Source: Acaryochloris marina MBIC11017
Lineage (GTDB): Bacteria > Cyanobacteriota > Cyanobacteriia > Thermosynechococcales > Thermosynechococcaceae
Assembly (NCBI RefSeq): GCF_000018105.1
Contig: NC_009925.1
Coordinates: 1,620,001 to 1,652,000, forward strand
DNA length: 32,000 bases
Direction of reading: 5' to 3'
In this document: piece after piece, positions 1 through 11,071 of the stretch
Layout: each line of letters starts with the position of its first letter
How positions within the stretch are numbered: the first letter of the stretch is position 1
Made by a program: the position numbers and the translations under genes
Notes under the pieces: model-generated
What the model saw: only the letters and a program-made list of their open reading frames with translations
Told to the model about the DNA's origin: nothing
The model's database searches: none

Positions 1-193
1 AAATAGAGCGATCATGCTCGACTTCACCATCAACAACTTTGCCAACACACGTAATACAAGATCCAGACCGACAAGAGGCGGGAAGTTCTAGGCCTTCTAA
101 CTCCGCTGCATCGTAAATATACTCATCCGCTGGGACACAAATAGTATTCTCTTCTCCAGTGGTTTCATCTCGAAACGTGACATCGTAAATCAT
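1..193 (-). CDS. plant-type [2Fe-2S] ferredoxin, N-terminal part only (runs off the window edge)
   Basis: The reverse complement from the ATG at 193-191 reads [63 protein letters not shown]. The CRSGSCxxC cluster-ligand motif and overall pattern are typical of PetF-like ferredoxins. The ORF is too short for the supplied ORF track. Confidence 0.8.
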   Translation of the reverse strand, partial: MIYDVTFRDETTGEENTICVPADEYIYDAAELEGLELPASCRSGSCITCVGKVVDGEVEHDRSI

Positions 194-585
194 TGCTAGT
201 GCTTATCTCCGCATTAAAATGAATAAGTGCTCTTATTTGGGGAAGACACCACCTCCCCCCTGCCCTGAAGATCGGTAGAAGGCAGGCAACATCTATCAAT
301 TACTTATTAATTATTCATAAATCTTTACAAATATCCTCAGGAAAAATACTGAACGCCGGAGACTGGAAGAATAGCAGCCTATTGATTGGCTTTGGTATGG
401 CGGCAATTTGGACGATCCTTGGCTGTTATTCTTCGCTATCGAGGTGACTCAACATCGGACTGAGCCATTCCCGCGGATTCCCATCGCTGAATTGATGGGG
501 AAGAAGTGAACAGAAACCCTGGATTTCGTGTAAGTTTAGGGTAAGTATTTATGCGTCCATCCACACTCAGGGTAAATTTCTTCTT

Positions 586-1041
586 ATGCCACTGCTTGCG
601 ACCGGGAAAAAATTCATTCGCACCATTGAACAATCGGGCGCCGTTGGCATTTATGTTCCGTCTGAAGGCGGATTTGAAGGTCGCTACAAGCGCCGACTCC
701 GGGCAACAGGGTATCTGACATTATTTGTATCAGCCCCAGGCATGGGAGATTTAGCCTCTTACTTCACCGATGTCCATGGGGTGCGCCCTCCTCATTTAGG
801 CAAAAATCAAATTCGCACTTATTTCTTGCCTCCTTTTGTGACGTACCAATTAGAGAATTTGCCGCCCCAAGCCAAGGGCTTAGCCCTATGGCTTTATGAT
901 GGGAAGCGGTTAGCAAAGCAAGAGCTGGCTTATCTAAGCGCCATTACAGCCTCGGAGCCTCGATTAAAAGTGGTGGTTGAGTTAGGCGGTGCCCGGAGCT
1001 TTGAATGGCAGCCCCTCTCCGATATTGTCGCTGCGGCTTAG
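586..1041 (+). CDS. ndhN: NAD(P)H-quinone oxidoreductase (NDH-1) subunit N
   Basis: The 151-aa ORF starts MPLLATGKKFIRTIEQSGAVGIYVPSEGGFEGRYKRRLRATGY, which matches the conserved cyanobacterial NdhN N-terminus as I remember it. The size is right. Confidence 0.85.
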   Translation: MPLLATGKKFIRTIEQSGAVGIYVPSEGGFEGRYKRRLRATGYLTLFVSAPGMGDLASYFTDVHGVRPPHLGKNQIRTYFLPPFVTYQLENLPPQAKGLALWLYDGKRLAKQELAYLSAITASEPRLKVVVELGGARSFEWQPLSDIVAAA

Positions 1042-1119
1042 ATACCTGAATATCCTGACTCCCTTAAGACAAGGCAAAATGTTAACCCAGGGCTAATCAA
1101 TTCAGATTAGGCTGTTAGA

Positions 1120-2256
1120 GTGATTGATTTTGCCTTTCCTCTCCAGTCCCTCCCTCAAGGCAACTGGTTCAAGTTAATTTGTGGAGCCAGTTATCAGCAT
1201 TTGCCCGCTGTCCGTAACCTGGTGTTGGCCTATACTCTGGCAGGAGCCGATTGTATTGATGTCGCGGCTGATCCAGCTGTCATTGCTGTCGCGGAAGATG
1301 CGATCGCAACCGCGCTTCAGCTTTCCCTCACCCATCCTCGTCCCCTGTTGATGGTGAGCCTCAATGCGGGTGAGGATCCGCATTTTCGCAAAGCGACCCT
1401 CCAGCCTGAACAATGTCCTGCTTACTGTCCTCAACCCTGTGTGCAGGTTTGTCCTGCAGATGCGATCGCATTTCCTAGTCCCGGCGTCATGAGCGATCGA
1501 TGTTATGGCTGTGGCCGCTGCTTACCCGTTTGCCCCATTGAGCAAATCGCCACGGTGTCCCACACCGCTAAACCCGACATCGTCGGCCCCTTTATTCAGG
1601 CTGGTGTTGTGCAAGCCTTGGAAATTCACACCCAAGTGGGGCATTTGGCCGAGTTTGAGCAGTTATGGCACACTCTCAAGCCCTTTGTGCCCCATTTACA
1701 GGTCTTAGCAGTGAGCTGTCCTGATAGCGAGGGTCTCCTGGATTATCTGGCGAGTCTCTACCAACTCATGGAGCCGTTACCCTGTCCTCTCATCTGGCAG
1801 ACCGATGGCCGACCCATGAGTGGAGACATTGGAGACGGCACCACCCGAGCAACGGTTCTCTTGGCTGAAAAAGTTTTAAAAGCACAATTACCCGGTTATG
1901 TCCAACTGGCTGGCGGCACAAATCGGCATACTATTGCTAAACTCAAAGCCAAAGGGTTACTGCATCCTCGGTTGATGAGTTCATCCATGACCATTCATGC
2001 ATCCTATATCGCGGGTGTCGCCTACGGCAGTTTTGCCCGAAACCTCCTCGCCCCCCTTCAAACCAAATTGGAAACCTTATCAACCCATCAGATCGAACAT
2101 CATGCTCAATTACTACAAGAGGCCGTCTCTCTAGCCTCTTCATTGGTGGCCCAGCTCAAACCTGGTTTGAATCAACCTCAGACTAGGAGCACACTCGGCC
2201 AAGATTTACCGCTAGTCCCATCGATGAGCCGGGGGAGCTCATCTCGGATCTGCTAG
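1120..2256 (+). CDS. ldpA: LdpA-like iron-sulfur protein (light-dependent period, circadian input)
   Basis: GTG start. The N-terminus carries FKLICGASYQHLPAVRNL, followed by two Cys clusters (CPAYCPQPCVQVCP and CYGCGRCLPVCP) typical of LdpA. Its position next to ndhN is as in other cyanobacteria. Confidence 0.75.
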   Translation: MIDFAFPLQSLPQGNWFKLICGASYQHLPAVRNLVLAYTLAGADCIDVAADPAVIAVAEDAIATALQLSLTHPRPLLMVSLNAGEDPHFRKATLQPEQCPAYCPQPCVQVCPADAIAFPSPGVMSDRCYGCGRCLPVCPIEQIATVSHTAKPDIVGPFIQAGVVQALEIHTQVGHLAEFEQLWHTLKPFVPHLQVLAVSCPDSEGLLDYLASLYQLMEPLPCPLIWQTDGRPMSGDIGDGTTRATVLLAEKVLKAQLPGYVQLAGGTNRHTIAKLKAKGLLHPRLMSSSMTIHASYIAGVAYGSFARNLLAPLQTKLETLSTHQIEHHAQLLQEAVSLASSLVAQLKPGLNQPQTRSTLGQDLPLVPSMSRGSSSRIC

Positions 2257-2296
2257 CTCACGGCTAGCCCTTTGTTATTTCATTTACTGCAAATTC

Positions 2297-4030
2297 ATGG
2301 TTGAACAAGCATCAGGAGAAAACCAGCAAATCACCGATAATCTTGAACAATTGCTCGATATTTTGCCCGAGACATTGCGATCTCACCTGCAACACCATCC
2401 CCAACGCAGTGTGATGATTGAAGTGGTGATGGATCTGGGGCGCCAACCGGAAGCTCGCTTCCCTGGTCAAGCCGAATATTTATCCACAGAACCCATTAGT
2501 CGAGATGATTTAGACTACTGCATCCAGCGGGTCAGCCACTTCAGTGGCGATAACCGGGCCGGTATTGAGCGGACCCTGCATCGGATTAGCGCCATGCGCA
2601 ACCGCCAAGGGGAGATTATTGGTCTCACCTGCCGCGTCGGTCGGGCGGTGTTAGGCACCACCGAAATTATTCGTGACTTGGTGGAAAGTGGTCGTTCCAT
2701 TCTGATGCTGGGGCGGCCTGGCGTCGGTAAAACCACCGCCCTGCGGGAAATTGCCCGGGTTCTAGCCGATGATCTCCTCAAGCGGGTCGTGATTATTGAC
2801 ACCTCCAACGAGATTGCTGGGGATGGCGATATTCCTCACCCCGCCATTGGTCGGGCTCGGCGGATGCAGGTGGCCCGTCCCGAGCTGCAACATCAGGTGA
2901 TGATTGAGGCGGTAGAGAACCACACCCCAGAAGTGATCGTGATTGATGAAATTGGCACTGAACTGGAAGCGGCAGCGGCCCGCACCATTGCCGAACGGGG
3001 GGTGCAGCTGATCGGTACTGCCCACGGCAACCGGATTGAAAACCTGCTGAAAAACCCAACCTTGTCTGACCTGGTCGGGGGTATTCAGTCCGTCACCCTC
3101 GGAGATGATGAAGCCCGTCGCCGAGGTAGCCAGAAAAGTGTGCTGGAACGGAAGGCTCCTCCGACCTTCGATATTGCCGTCGAAATGCTAGAGCGGTCCC
3201 GATGGATTGTCCATGAAGAGGTAGCCAACACGATTGACAACCTCCTGCGCGGTCGGATGCCGAATCCTCAAGTCCGGACGGTCAGCGAGAGCGGCAAGGT
3301 CACTATTACCCATGAACTATCGACCACGCCTATCCCTGAGCCGACGCCCATTGAGTCTGCTCCCAGTGGCTGGCGATCCTCAGGTCGGATGAAACCCGTC
3401 CCGAATCAGGTGGCCCCAGCTAAAACAGATTTCAATGAGTTTCAAACGCTACTGGATGCTTCCTTGCAGCAGCAAGATCAGTATGGCAATACCCTCCATT
3501 TTGCTGCTGGCCCCAATGGCGAGGATCTGCCCCTCCATGTCTATCCCTATGCCGTGAGTCGGTCTCAACTCGATCAGGTGATTACCACCCTGAATCTGCC
3601 AATTGTGCTGACCAAGGATATGGATCATGCAGATGTGATATTTGCCTTGCGATCGCACCTTAAGCATCATTCCAAATTGCGCAATCTAGCCAAAACCCGC
3701 CATGTTCCCATCCACACCGTTAAGTCGAGCACTATTCCTCAAATTGCCAGAGGTTTACGCCGACTAGTGAATATGGATGATCCAGGTACCCCAGAACTGG
3801 TGGATCTCAAGCTATTTTCCGGCAGTAATGATGACGATGAGATCGAAGCTCTGGAAGAAGCCAGGTTGGCGGTTGAACAAATCGTTATTCCCAAAAAGCA
3901 GCCAGTGGAGTTACTTCCCCGATCTGCGAGCATTCGCAAAATGCAGCATGAATTGATTGAGCATTACCGTTTACAGTCTCGTAGTTTTGGTGAAGATCCG
4001 AACCGCCGACTACGGATTTATCCAGCTTAG
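2297..4030 (+). CDS. ycf45: R3H-domain / SpoIIIAA-like AAA ATPase (ycf45 family)
   Basis: Walker A is GRPGVGKTT and Walker B is VIVIDEIGT. The C-terminal stretch SRSFGEDPNRRLRIYP has an R3H-like single-strand nucleic-acid-binding signature. The ORF is 577 aa. Confidence 0.7.
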   Translation: MVEQASGENQQITDNLEQLLDILPETLRSHLQHHPQRSVMIEVVMDLGRQPEARFPGQAEYLSTEPISRDDLDYCIQRVSHFSGDNRAGIERTLHRISAMRNRQGEIIGLTCRVGRAVLGTTEIIRDLVESGRSILMLGRPGVGKTTALREIARVLADDLLKRVVIIDTSNEIAGDGDIPHPAIGRARRMQVARPELQHQVMIEAVENHTPEVIVIDEIGTELEAAAARTIAERGVQLIGTAHGNRIENLLKNPTLSDLVGGIQSVTLGDDEARRRGSQKSVLERKAPPTFDIAVEMLERSRWIVHEEVANTIDNLLRGRMPNPQVRTVSESGKVTITHELSTTPIPEPTPIESAPSGWRSSGRMKPVPNQVAPAKTDFNEFQTLLDASLQQQDQYGNTLHFAAGPNGEDLPLHVYPYAVSRSQLDQVITTLNLPIVLTKDMDHADVIFALRSHLKHHSKLRNLAKTRHVPIHTVKSSTIPQIARGLRRLVNMDDPGTPELVDLKLFSGSNDDDEIEALEEARLAVEQIVIPKKQPVELLPRSASIRKMQHELIEHYRLQSRSFGEDPNRRLRIYPA

Positions 4031-4122
4031 TTCAGGTGGCATTTACACAGATCCAAAAACGAATGGGATAGCCCCCCACTTCGGGTAAGATTCTCTGGCA
4101 AGGGTTACTCGGGATTGGCTTT

Positions 4123-4773
4123 ATGTACCTATTTTTAGATACCGCAGATATCAAGGCCTGGGATTTTTGGTTGAGTAAGGGCTTATTCTATGGCGTTACA
4201 ACCAACCCGACCTTATTGGAGAGAGCCCATATTCCTTGCACCCTTGACCAACTCCAAGGGCTAGCCACAGCTGCCTTTCAAAGAGGTGCTCAAGAAATTC
4301 ATTTACAGACCTGGGGGGCTGAAGTTGAAGATTTAGTTCGTCGGGGAACTGCGATCGCAGCTATTGATTCCCGCGTAGTCGTCAAAGTACCTATAACGTT
4401 GACAGGCACAGAAGCTGCAGCCCAATTAATCCAACAAGGAATACGGGTAACTTTAACTGGAGTTTATGCAGTTCACCAGGCATTGATTTCTGCCGCCTTG
4501 AAGGCTGACTATGCCGCCCCTTACTTAGGACGCATGACAGATCTGGGACAAGACGGTAGGCAAGGTATCATTTCGATGCAAAGAGGTCTGACCGGAGTCA
4601 AGAGTTCAACCAAGATTTTAGTTGCCAGTATTCGCAGCATTGAAGACATTACTGCTCTTACTCAACAATCCCTCGATACGTTTACGGTATCACCTGCGAT
4701 CGCAGAACAACTCTTCCAAGTCGATGCAACCATAGATGCAGCGTTAGCCTTTGAAAAAGCAGCACAAGGCTAA
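4123..4773 (+). CDS. fructose-6-phosphate aldolase / short transaldolase (TalC/FSA family)
   Basis: The 216-aa ORF carries LDTAD, GVTTNPTL, VVVKVPIT (Schiff-base Lys context) and YAAPYLGRMTD, the pattern of class 3B transaldolase/FSA enzymes. Confidence 0.8.
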   Translation: MYLFLDTADIKAWDFWLSKGLFYGVTTNPTLLERAHIPCTLDQLQGLATAAFQRGAQEIHLQTWGAEVEDLVRRGTAIAAIDSRVVVKVPITLTGTEAAAQLIQQGIRVTLTGVYAVHQALISAALKADYAAPYLGRMTDLGQDGRQGIISMQRGLTGVKSSTKILVASIRSIEDITALTQQSLDTFTVSPAIAEQLFQVDATIDAALAFEKAAQG

Positions 4774-7700
4774 TGGGATTCAATGCCTAATGCTTCTGCA
4801 GTAATCGGCAGCTTGACAATAAAAGTTGTGCCTTGATCTGCAATACTCTCAAAATCGATCGTCCCCCGATGCAGCTCGACGGACTTTTTAACAATTGCGA
4901 GACCTAGTCCTGTACCTTGAATTTGTCCAACATTTGTAGCGCGATGAAATGATTCAAACAGATGCTGCTGATCAGCTTCAGGAATCCCAATTCCTTGATC
5001 TTTTATGAAAAAGGTTGCTTCTTCTTCATTTACATTGACCTGAAATCGAACACTAGTACTTTCAGGAGAATATTTAATGGCATTGGACAATAAGTTACTG
5101 AGGATTTGTCTCAAAATTTTCTCGTCTGAATAGACCTCATGTTGATTCCAAAAAAATTCAAACTCAATCTGTTGATCGCGTTTAGTATTGAGCTGAAATT
5201 CTTCGACAAGACTACTGCAGAAAACTTCAAGGTTAATTAGTTTAGGATTAAACTCAACTTTATTGACATCAGCTTTACTCAAAACTAAGACATCATCTAG
5301 AAGTCCAGTCATATGCTTAACATTCTTTTGGATACGATCTAGATAAGTATGTTGCTTATTAGTATCCCACCCTTGTCCATAATGCTTGATTAACTCTGTT
5401 GTCCCTAAAATAGCTGTTAAAGGTGTTCGGAATTCATGGGAAGTCATCGAGATAAAGCGAGATTTCAATTCATTAATTTCTCGCTCAGCTTGTTCTCTAG
5501 CTTGAGATTGCTGTAAATCTTCATATAAATAGGCATTCTCAAGGGAAATAGCAGCTTGGGCACAAAGAATTCTAATGGTCTCGAGATGATTTTCCTTAAA
5601 GGCATCGTATACTAAATCATTCTCTAAATATACAATCCCTATTAATTTGCCTTGACTAATGATAGGCATTCCTAGTAAAGACTTTGGAAGATTAAAGTAT
5701 ATTTCCAAATTATAGTTTTCTTTATGCTCCTCTCTTGTGTCATTAATAACGACATTTTCTTTAGTCCTAAAGATATAGTTTAAAATGCTATGAGGGATAT
5801 CATTCCTATTCTTAATCAATTCTGTTTTGATTTTAACGATAGGTGAACTATTCATTGAAGCCGTTGCCTCTATATATAAATTTTCATCTCTATATAATAT
5901 TAAATAAGCTTGAGTTGCGCCAGCCAATTCAATGAGATACTCCAAGATTTTATTTAATAGTTTATCTCGTATAATTTCCTCGGAAATTGCCTGAGAAGTT
6001 TCTATGACAGTTCTTAAATCAATATTCCCCAGAGTTTCTGAAGATGATAGTTTTACGTTGTTTCCATCTTTCTGATATGAAGTAAAAATTTGCTTAAATT
6101 CCTCACTAATATTTGAATATCTATATTTGATATCTTCAATTTTTGATAACGCACCCCAATTAAAATAGGCATAACAAGATTCCTTGAAATATAAAGCAGA
6201 AATCTTAAAATTCTTATTGCTGAAATAAAATTCAGCTGCTAATTCATTGGCAAGAGCTTCCTCTTGTAAGAAAAGATTAGATTTTGAAGATTCGATAGCT
6301 TTATCGTAATATTTAGAAGAAGAACTAAAATTATTTATAACTCTATAATACTCAGCTTTAATCAGAAAATACTTATTGCTAAAATTCTCAGGGCAAGCTT
6401 TAGCCCATTTTTTAAATCTATGAATAATGCGATTAACTATAATTAAATACTTGCGACGGACAATAATTTTTTGCGTACTACACAAAGCCAATAAAGTTAA
6501 ACAATAGTAAAAATAATAAATTGCTATGTAAATTATTCCGTTTACACCATCAATATGATCATTCAGAAGATTAGATAAATGCAAAGCCTCATCAAATTTT
6601 TTATAGTAAAAAGATAAAATCATCTTTGCCAAATAAAAAGGAAAAATTATTAAATCGTTTGATGAATGAAGAATGTCAGAGCTTTGCTCTTCTTCATTAA
6701 AAAAACTACCTTCAAGTAAGCTCACATCTAGTTTAGTATCTACATAATTCTCAGATACTTGTGCCCAAATGCTTAAATGGGTACACTGAAAGTATTGCTT
6801 ATAACTCGACAAAATATCGATATACTTAAAATTCTCGTCAATAACTTCGGAAAGAGGTTTCCCGCTAAAAAAAGATAAAATGCAATAAAAAGCAGAGCAA
6901 TGACCTAGATTTTCAACATCACCAATTTCTAACGCGTAATTAGAAGCATTAGATAGATGGGTTAATAAACTTCTAATTTGATACTTCCATGGTTTATTAA
7001 AAGCATAGCCTACTAAATAAATAGCTGGTTTTATCTCATAGCTAGAAAACTTTTCAAGCAACTGCAATGATAAATCGCTATAACTACAACATTTTTCTAT
7101 ATCATTAAAAACAACATTATAAATTGTTCCATAACTATTATAAGCAAAGCCAGAAACTGGAGAATTACCATAGGATATAGATAGATTTACCATTTTTAAT
7201 ATAGCTAATGGAAAAAGATTAGGCCTAGCAACAAAAGCTGCGGGTACAACAGTCATAAGTACCCGCATTGCAGCAAGACTTTTTTCATCACTCATCACTG
7301 GTAACTCTGTTAAGCTCTCTATTGTAAGATTTCGATGTGATATTTTTGCTCTTAATACATTAAATAGTAGCTCTATTTTGTTAGGGTTATTCGGAAGTTT
7401 TACATTTAAAAGATTTAATGCTTCAATTGCTTTATCTATTGATTGCAAAGGTTGATTCTGAGTAAAACAGAAAGCAATTTGCAACTCATAGACAGAAATT
7501 TTAATCGACAAAGATTTTGCATTATGAATTAATTTTATAGCTAATGAATCAGCTTGATTTCTTTCTGAGCTTATATATAAGCACTCTAAAAGTGAAAGAT
7601 ATAATTCTGTACTAGAGTTATTAAAATTTTCTAAGCAATATTTTTTTGATAATACTGATGCTGTTTTATAATATTCACAAGCTGATTCATAAGCTGCTGC

Positions 7701-9985
7701 TAATTTAGATTTATTACCTGCTATAAAATTTAATTCAGCAAGCTCATTTTTCTTAATTAAATCATCAACAAGATGAATTCCTTTATTGAAATGCTTTATA
7801 ATTTCAAATAGCTTTTTATCAAAAGCTGAATCTCTGTATTTTCTCAACAAAAAATCTCCAATCAATAAATGCAGAGAGCTTTTTTCAGACTCAGGTATAC
7901 TGAGATAAATAGCTTGTTGAATATAATCATGTACAAATCTAAAATATATATTAAAATGAGGTTTAATGTCATCTTCAAGAAGTAAGTTAGACTCATAAGA
8001 ATCTTGTGTAGAGACAATCAATCCAGAATCAATAGCAGCGAACATAGTCTCTGTTAATTCTGATTTAGTCTTATGGCTAATACCCGCAAGAGTAATCAGA
8101 TCAAACTGACTACCTATACATGAACAATATTGAATTAAATCTTGTGTTTGTTTAGGTAATTTCTGTATATTCCTAGATAGTAGTTCTAAAACACTAAAGT
8201 CCGTAATACTACTTTTCAATATTCGTTCTATATTCCAATTCCATTTTTCTACAGCATAATCAAAATATATATACTTATCTTGATATAAAGTTTTTAATAG
8301 CTGAATAAGAAAAAACGGATTACCACCAGACTTTTGAAATATAAGGTTTGCTAAAAAATCAATATATTCAAGGTCGCAATTAAGAGTATCTGCGACAAGA
8401 TCTTTTGCAGAAGATAAAGATAATGGCTGCAATTCAATACTATGATTAATAAGATCTTTCTTATTTAAATCACTCAGTACTCTATTGAAAGGGTGTAATT
8501 TACTTATTTCAACATGACGGTACGCTAGTATAAATAAAATATACTTACTCTGCTTACTATTAGCTAGGCTAGTAAGCAACTCTAGAGAAGCAAAATCAGC
8601 CCACTGCAAATCATCCAAGAATAAAACTATAGGATGCTTCTTGCTACCAAAAGATTGTATAAATGTCTCTAGTGTCTGAATAAATATGGCTTGTGATTCT
8701 GGAATAACTTGTCTAATCTCAATCTGATCAATTTGTAAGACTATATTAAGTTCAGGAATAATATTAACTAATAGATTAATATTCTTTCCTAAAGAACTGA
8801 TAAATCTTTCTCTCCAGTAATTTATATCATTACTATTACTTCGCAATATTTTTCTAATAGCAATAGTCAAGCCTTGAACAAAGCCATAATAAGGAATATT
8901 CTTATGGCTTTGTTCAAATTTACCGCTAATTTCTATACCACAATGATCTGAATTACTTTTATTGATACTCTTTATAAGAGATGTTTTACCAACGCCAGCA
9001 TTTCCTTTCACAAGGATTATTCTTTTTTGACCAATAAAAGTACTTTTAAAGGCATTATTTAGGAGCTTAATTTCATTTTCTCTGCCATATAATTTATTAG
9101 GGATACTAAATTGACTAATAGCTATACTTTGTCTCGTTTTAAGAATAAAATCAGTATTATTAATAGATAAGTTTTTTACACATTGCTCTAGATCTACTAA
9201 TAGTTCTAATGCATTCTGATATCTGTCCTCAGCATTTTTCTGTAATAACCTCATAATTATTTGAGAAATCTGTTCAGGGATAAAATCATAAATATTGTGA
9301 GGAGTATCAGGAATAACAGATAAGTGCATATGAATAACCTCAGAGACTTTATGAGAATAAAATGGTAATCGACCAGTTAAAATCTCATAAAAAGTAATTC
9401 CTAATGAATATAAGTCAGTGCGATAATCAATTGTTCGATCTATTCTTCCAGTTTGTTCAGGAGATAAATAAAGTGGAGTCCCATTAATAATCTCTTCATC
9501 ATCAATACTTATTTTCTCTTGCGTATTTTCTGCGGCTATACTAAAGTCGGTCAACTTAACTTCATTAGTTTTTGGATTATAAATAATATTCGAAGGATTA
9601 ATATCTTTATGAATAATACCTTGCAAATGAACTTCATTTAAAGTTTTAGAAATCTGGCAAGCTATCTCCAAAAAAGTCCTTATATTTACGCGATTTTTAG
9701 ATATATATTCCTTCAGTGTACATCCTTCAAAATACTCTTTTATAAACGCATAATTATTGTTGTTTGCTATAAAAGAGTGTGCTTGTATAACTCCATTTGA
9801 ATTTAATTTATTAGTGATTTCAAATTCATTTTTAAGGCTAGAAATATCAGAAAATGATGGATATTTTTCACTTAGTCTCTTGGCAATAAATAATTTACCA
9901 CTAGAGGTATTTTTACTATATAAATAGTAATATTTTCTTTAGAGTAAAGTATTCTTTGAAACTCAAAGTTATTTATTTCAATCAC
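4770..9985 (-). pseudogene. HstK-type multidomain sensor: Ser/Thr kinase, AAA_16/STAND-like P-loop ATPase, helical repeats, GAF and His kinase (HisKA+HATPase). The N-terminus is split by an apparent 1-nt frameshift.
   Basis: The long frame 4770-9938 carries HKDINPSN, TDFS and GTPLYLSPEQ (kinase subdomains VI-VIII). It also has the P-loop GNAGVGKTS (about 8979-9005) and Walker B LFLDDLQWAD. The H-box is SHEFRTPL, with the His codon at 5436-5438. The N-box is LSNAIKYS and the G-boxes are DQGIGI and GTGLGL. Kinase subdomains I-II (VIEINNFEFQRILYSKENITIYIVK) sit in another frame upstream, from a GTG near 9985. The exact start is uncertain. Confidence 0.7.
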
Positions 9986-10299
9986 TTTTAAATCCTCTAT
10001 CAGAATCTTCCTAAAATTATGATTATTTTTAAAAAAATTATTTGTTTTTATATAAACACCATTGTGATAGATGGCGATCGAGTTTTTCTTATAAATTGTA
10101 GTGAAATCATATTATTATTTTATTGTATATTAAGACCAGAAAATGCTAATATTTGCATTAAAAAAGTTGCTTAAGGTATTTTTATTAGAATTAAAAATAC
10201 TAGCTAATATTCTAGCAAATTAAGTTTTTTATTTATCTATCTCAACCCCGAATGAATAGCAGATTTCAACATGGCTTGAAAGATACTTCGAAATATTGA

Positions 10300-10992
10300 A
10301 AACCTTAACGATTAAGGTATGCCCTAGACCTCACAGGACGTTTTGCCATGAAATGATTCAAACGATGCCAAGCGCAACTAGAAGCGCGAAACGATTGTTG
10401 GTCGTGCATCAAAAAAGAGTGGATATGCTTAACCTATAGGAAGTTGAGTTGTCCTTTTCACTAATGCAATGCCTTCTATGTTGTTATCCTAGGACCCAAA
10501 CAAGGCAAGATCAATAAAAGCAGATAACACTATTGTTGCTTGAACTTTTTAAAATACCCTCAGTGAGACCTTAGCAACCCTCGATTATCGTAATAAGATT
10601 CCAGGTGCTTCCTTAAACCTTGCTAGAGGGATTAGTCAGCGAGGGTTGTCTCGTATTACAGGTTAAGCTTTTAGGCCCTGGGTGAGCGTGGTCTGTTCTA
10701 TTGGCCATAAAACCCAAAAGAAACACAACCAAGAAGTGCAGGATGTTGTGACTGGCGGCACTAATACTGATGAGTTATGGCCCTTGGATATAAAAAGCAA
10801 AAGCACGTTTAATCGTAGGAGTTGCGTATAGGCAACTGTTGGGTAACACTGAGTCTTGCTAAAGATAATGGTTTGATGCACAGGGGTAGCGTTAGTAAAT
10901 ATACCAACGAGCTAACTCAAGCGTTGATTGAGAATACTGAAGGCAAAACTGCCTGTCGTTAAGAACACCACATCTTGGGCTTTTGGGGCTTA
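10300..10992 (+). mobile_element. degraded transposase-gene remnant (possibly IS1-like), cut at its 3' side by the IS5-family insertion
   Basis: One frame over about 10628-10830 reads GISQRGLSRITG*AFRPWVSVVCSIGHKTQKKHNQEVQDVVTGGTNTDELWPLDIKSKSTFNRRSCV*. An HTH-like segment followed by a DELW motif resembles transposases I remember, but in-frame stops are present. The family call is weak. Confidence 0.3.
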
Positions 10993-11009
10993 GAGGCTGT
11001 TTGAGAAGT
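10993..11009. repeat. left terminal inverted repeat of the IS5-family element
   Basis: GAGGCTGTTTGAGAAGT is the exact reverse complement of 11874-11890. Confidence 0.85.
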
Positions 11010-11071
11010 GAGTAAAGCTCTCAAGGTACTAATCTGTCAATACACAAACATTGGACAGGACTTTGAGAGCA

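Noticed and set aside
436-633. A 65-aa minus-strand ORF overlapping the ndhN start.
   Set aside because: It overlaps the conserved NdhN N-terminus, and its sequence has no family resemblance.
1174-3939. Antisense or alternate-frame ORFs inside ldpA and the ycf45-like gene (1174-1434, 1505-1708, 1943-2143, 2515-3059, 3449-3670, 3739-3939).
   Set aside because: They are shadow ORFs overlapping well-supported genes and carry no recognisable motifs.
10663-10881. A 72-aa minus-strand ORF in the island centre.
   Set aside because: It lies antisense to the transposase-like remnant, which shows clearer though decayed protein signal on the plus strand.
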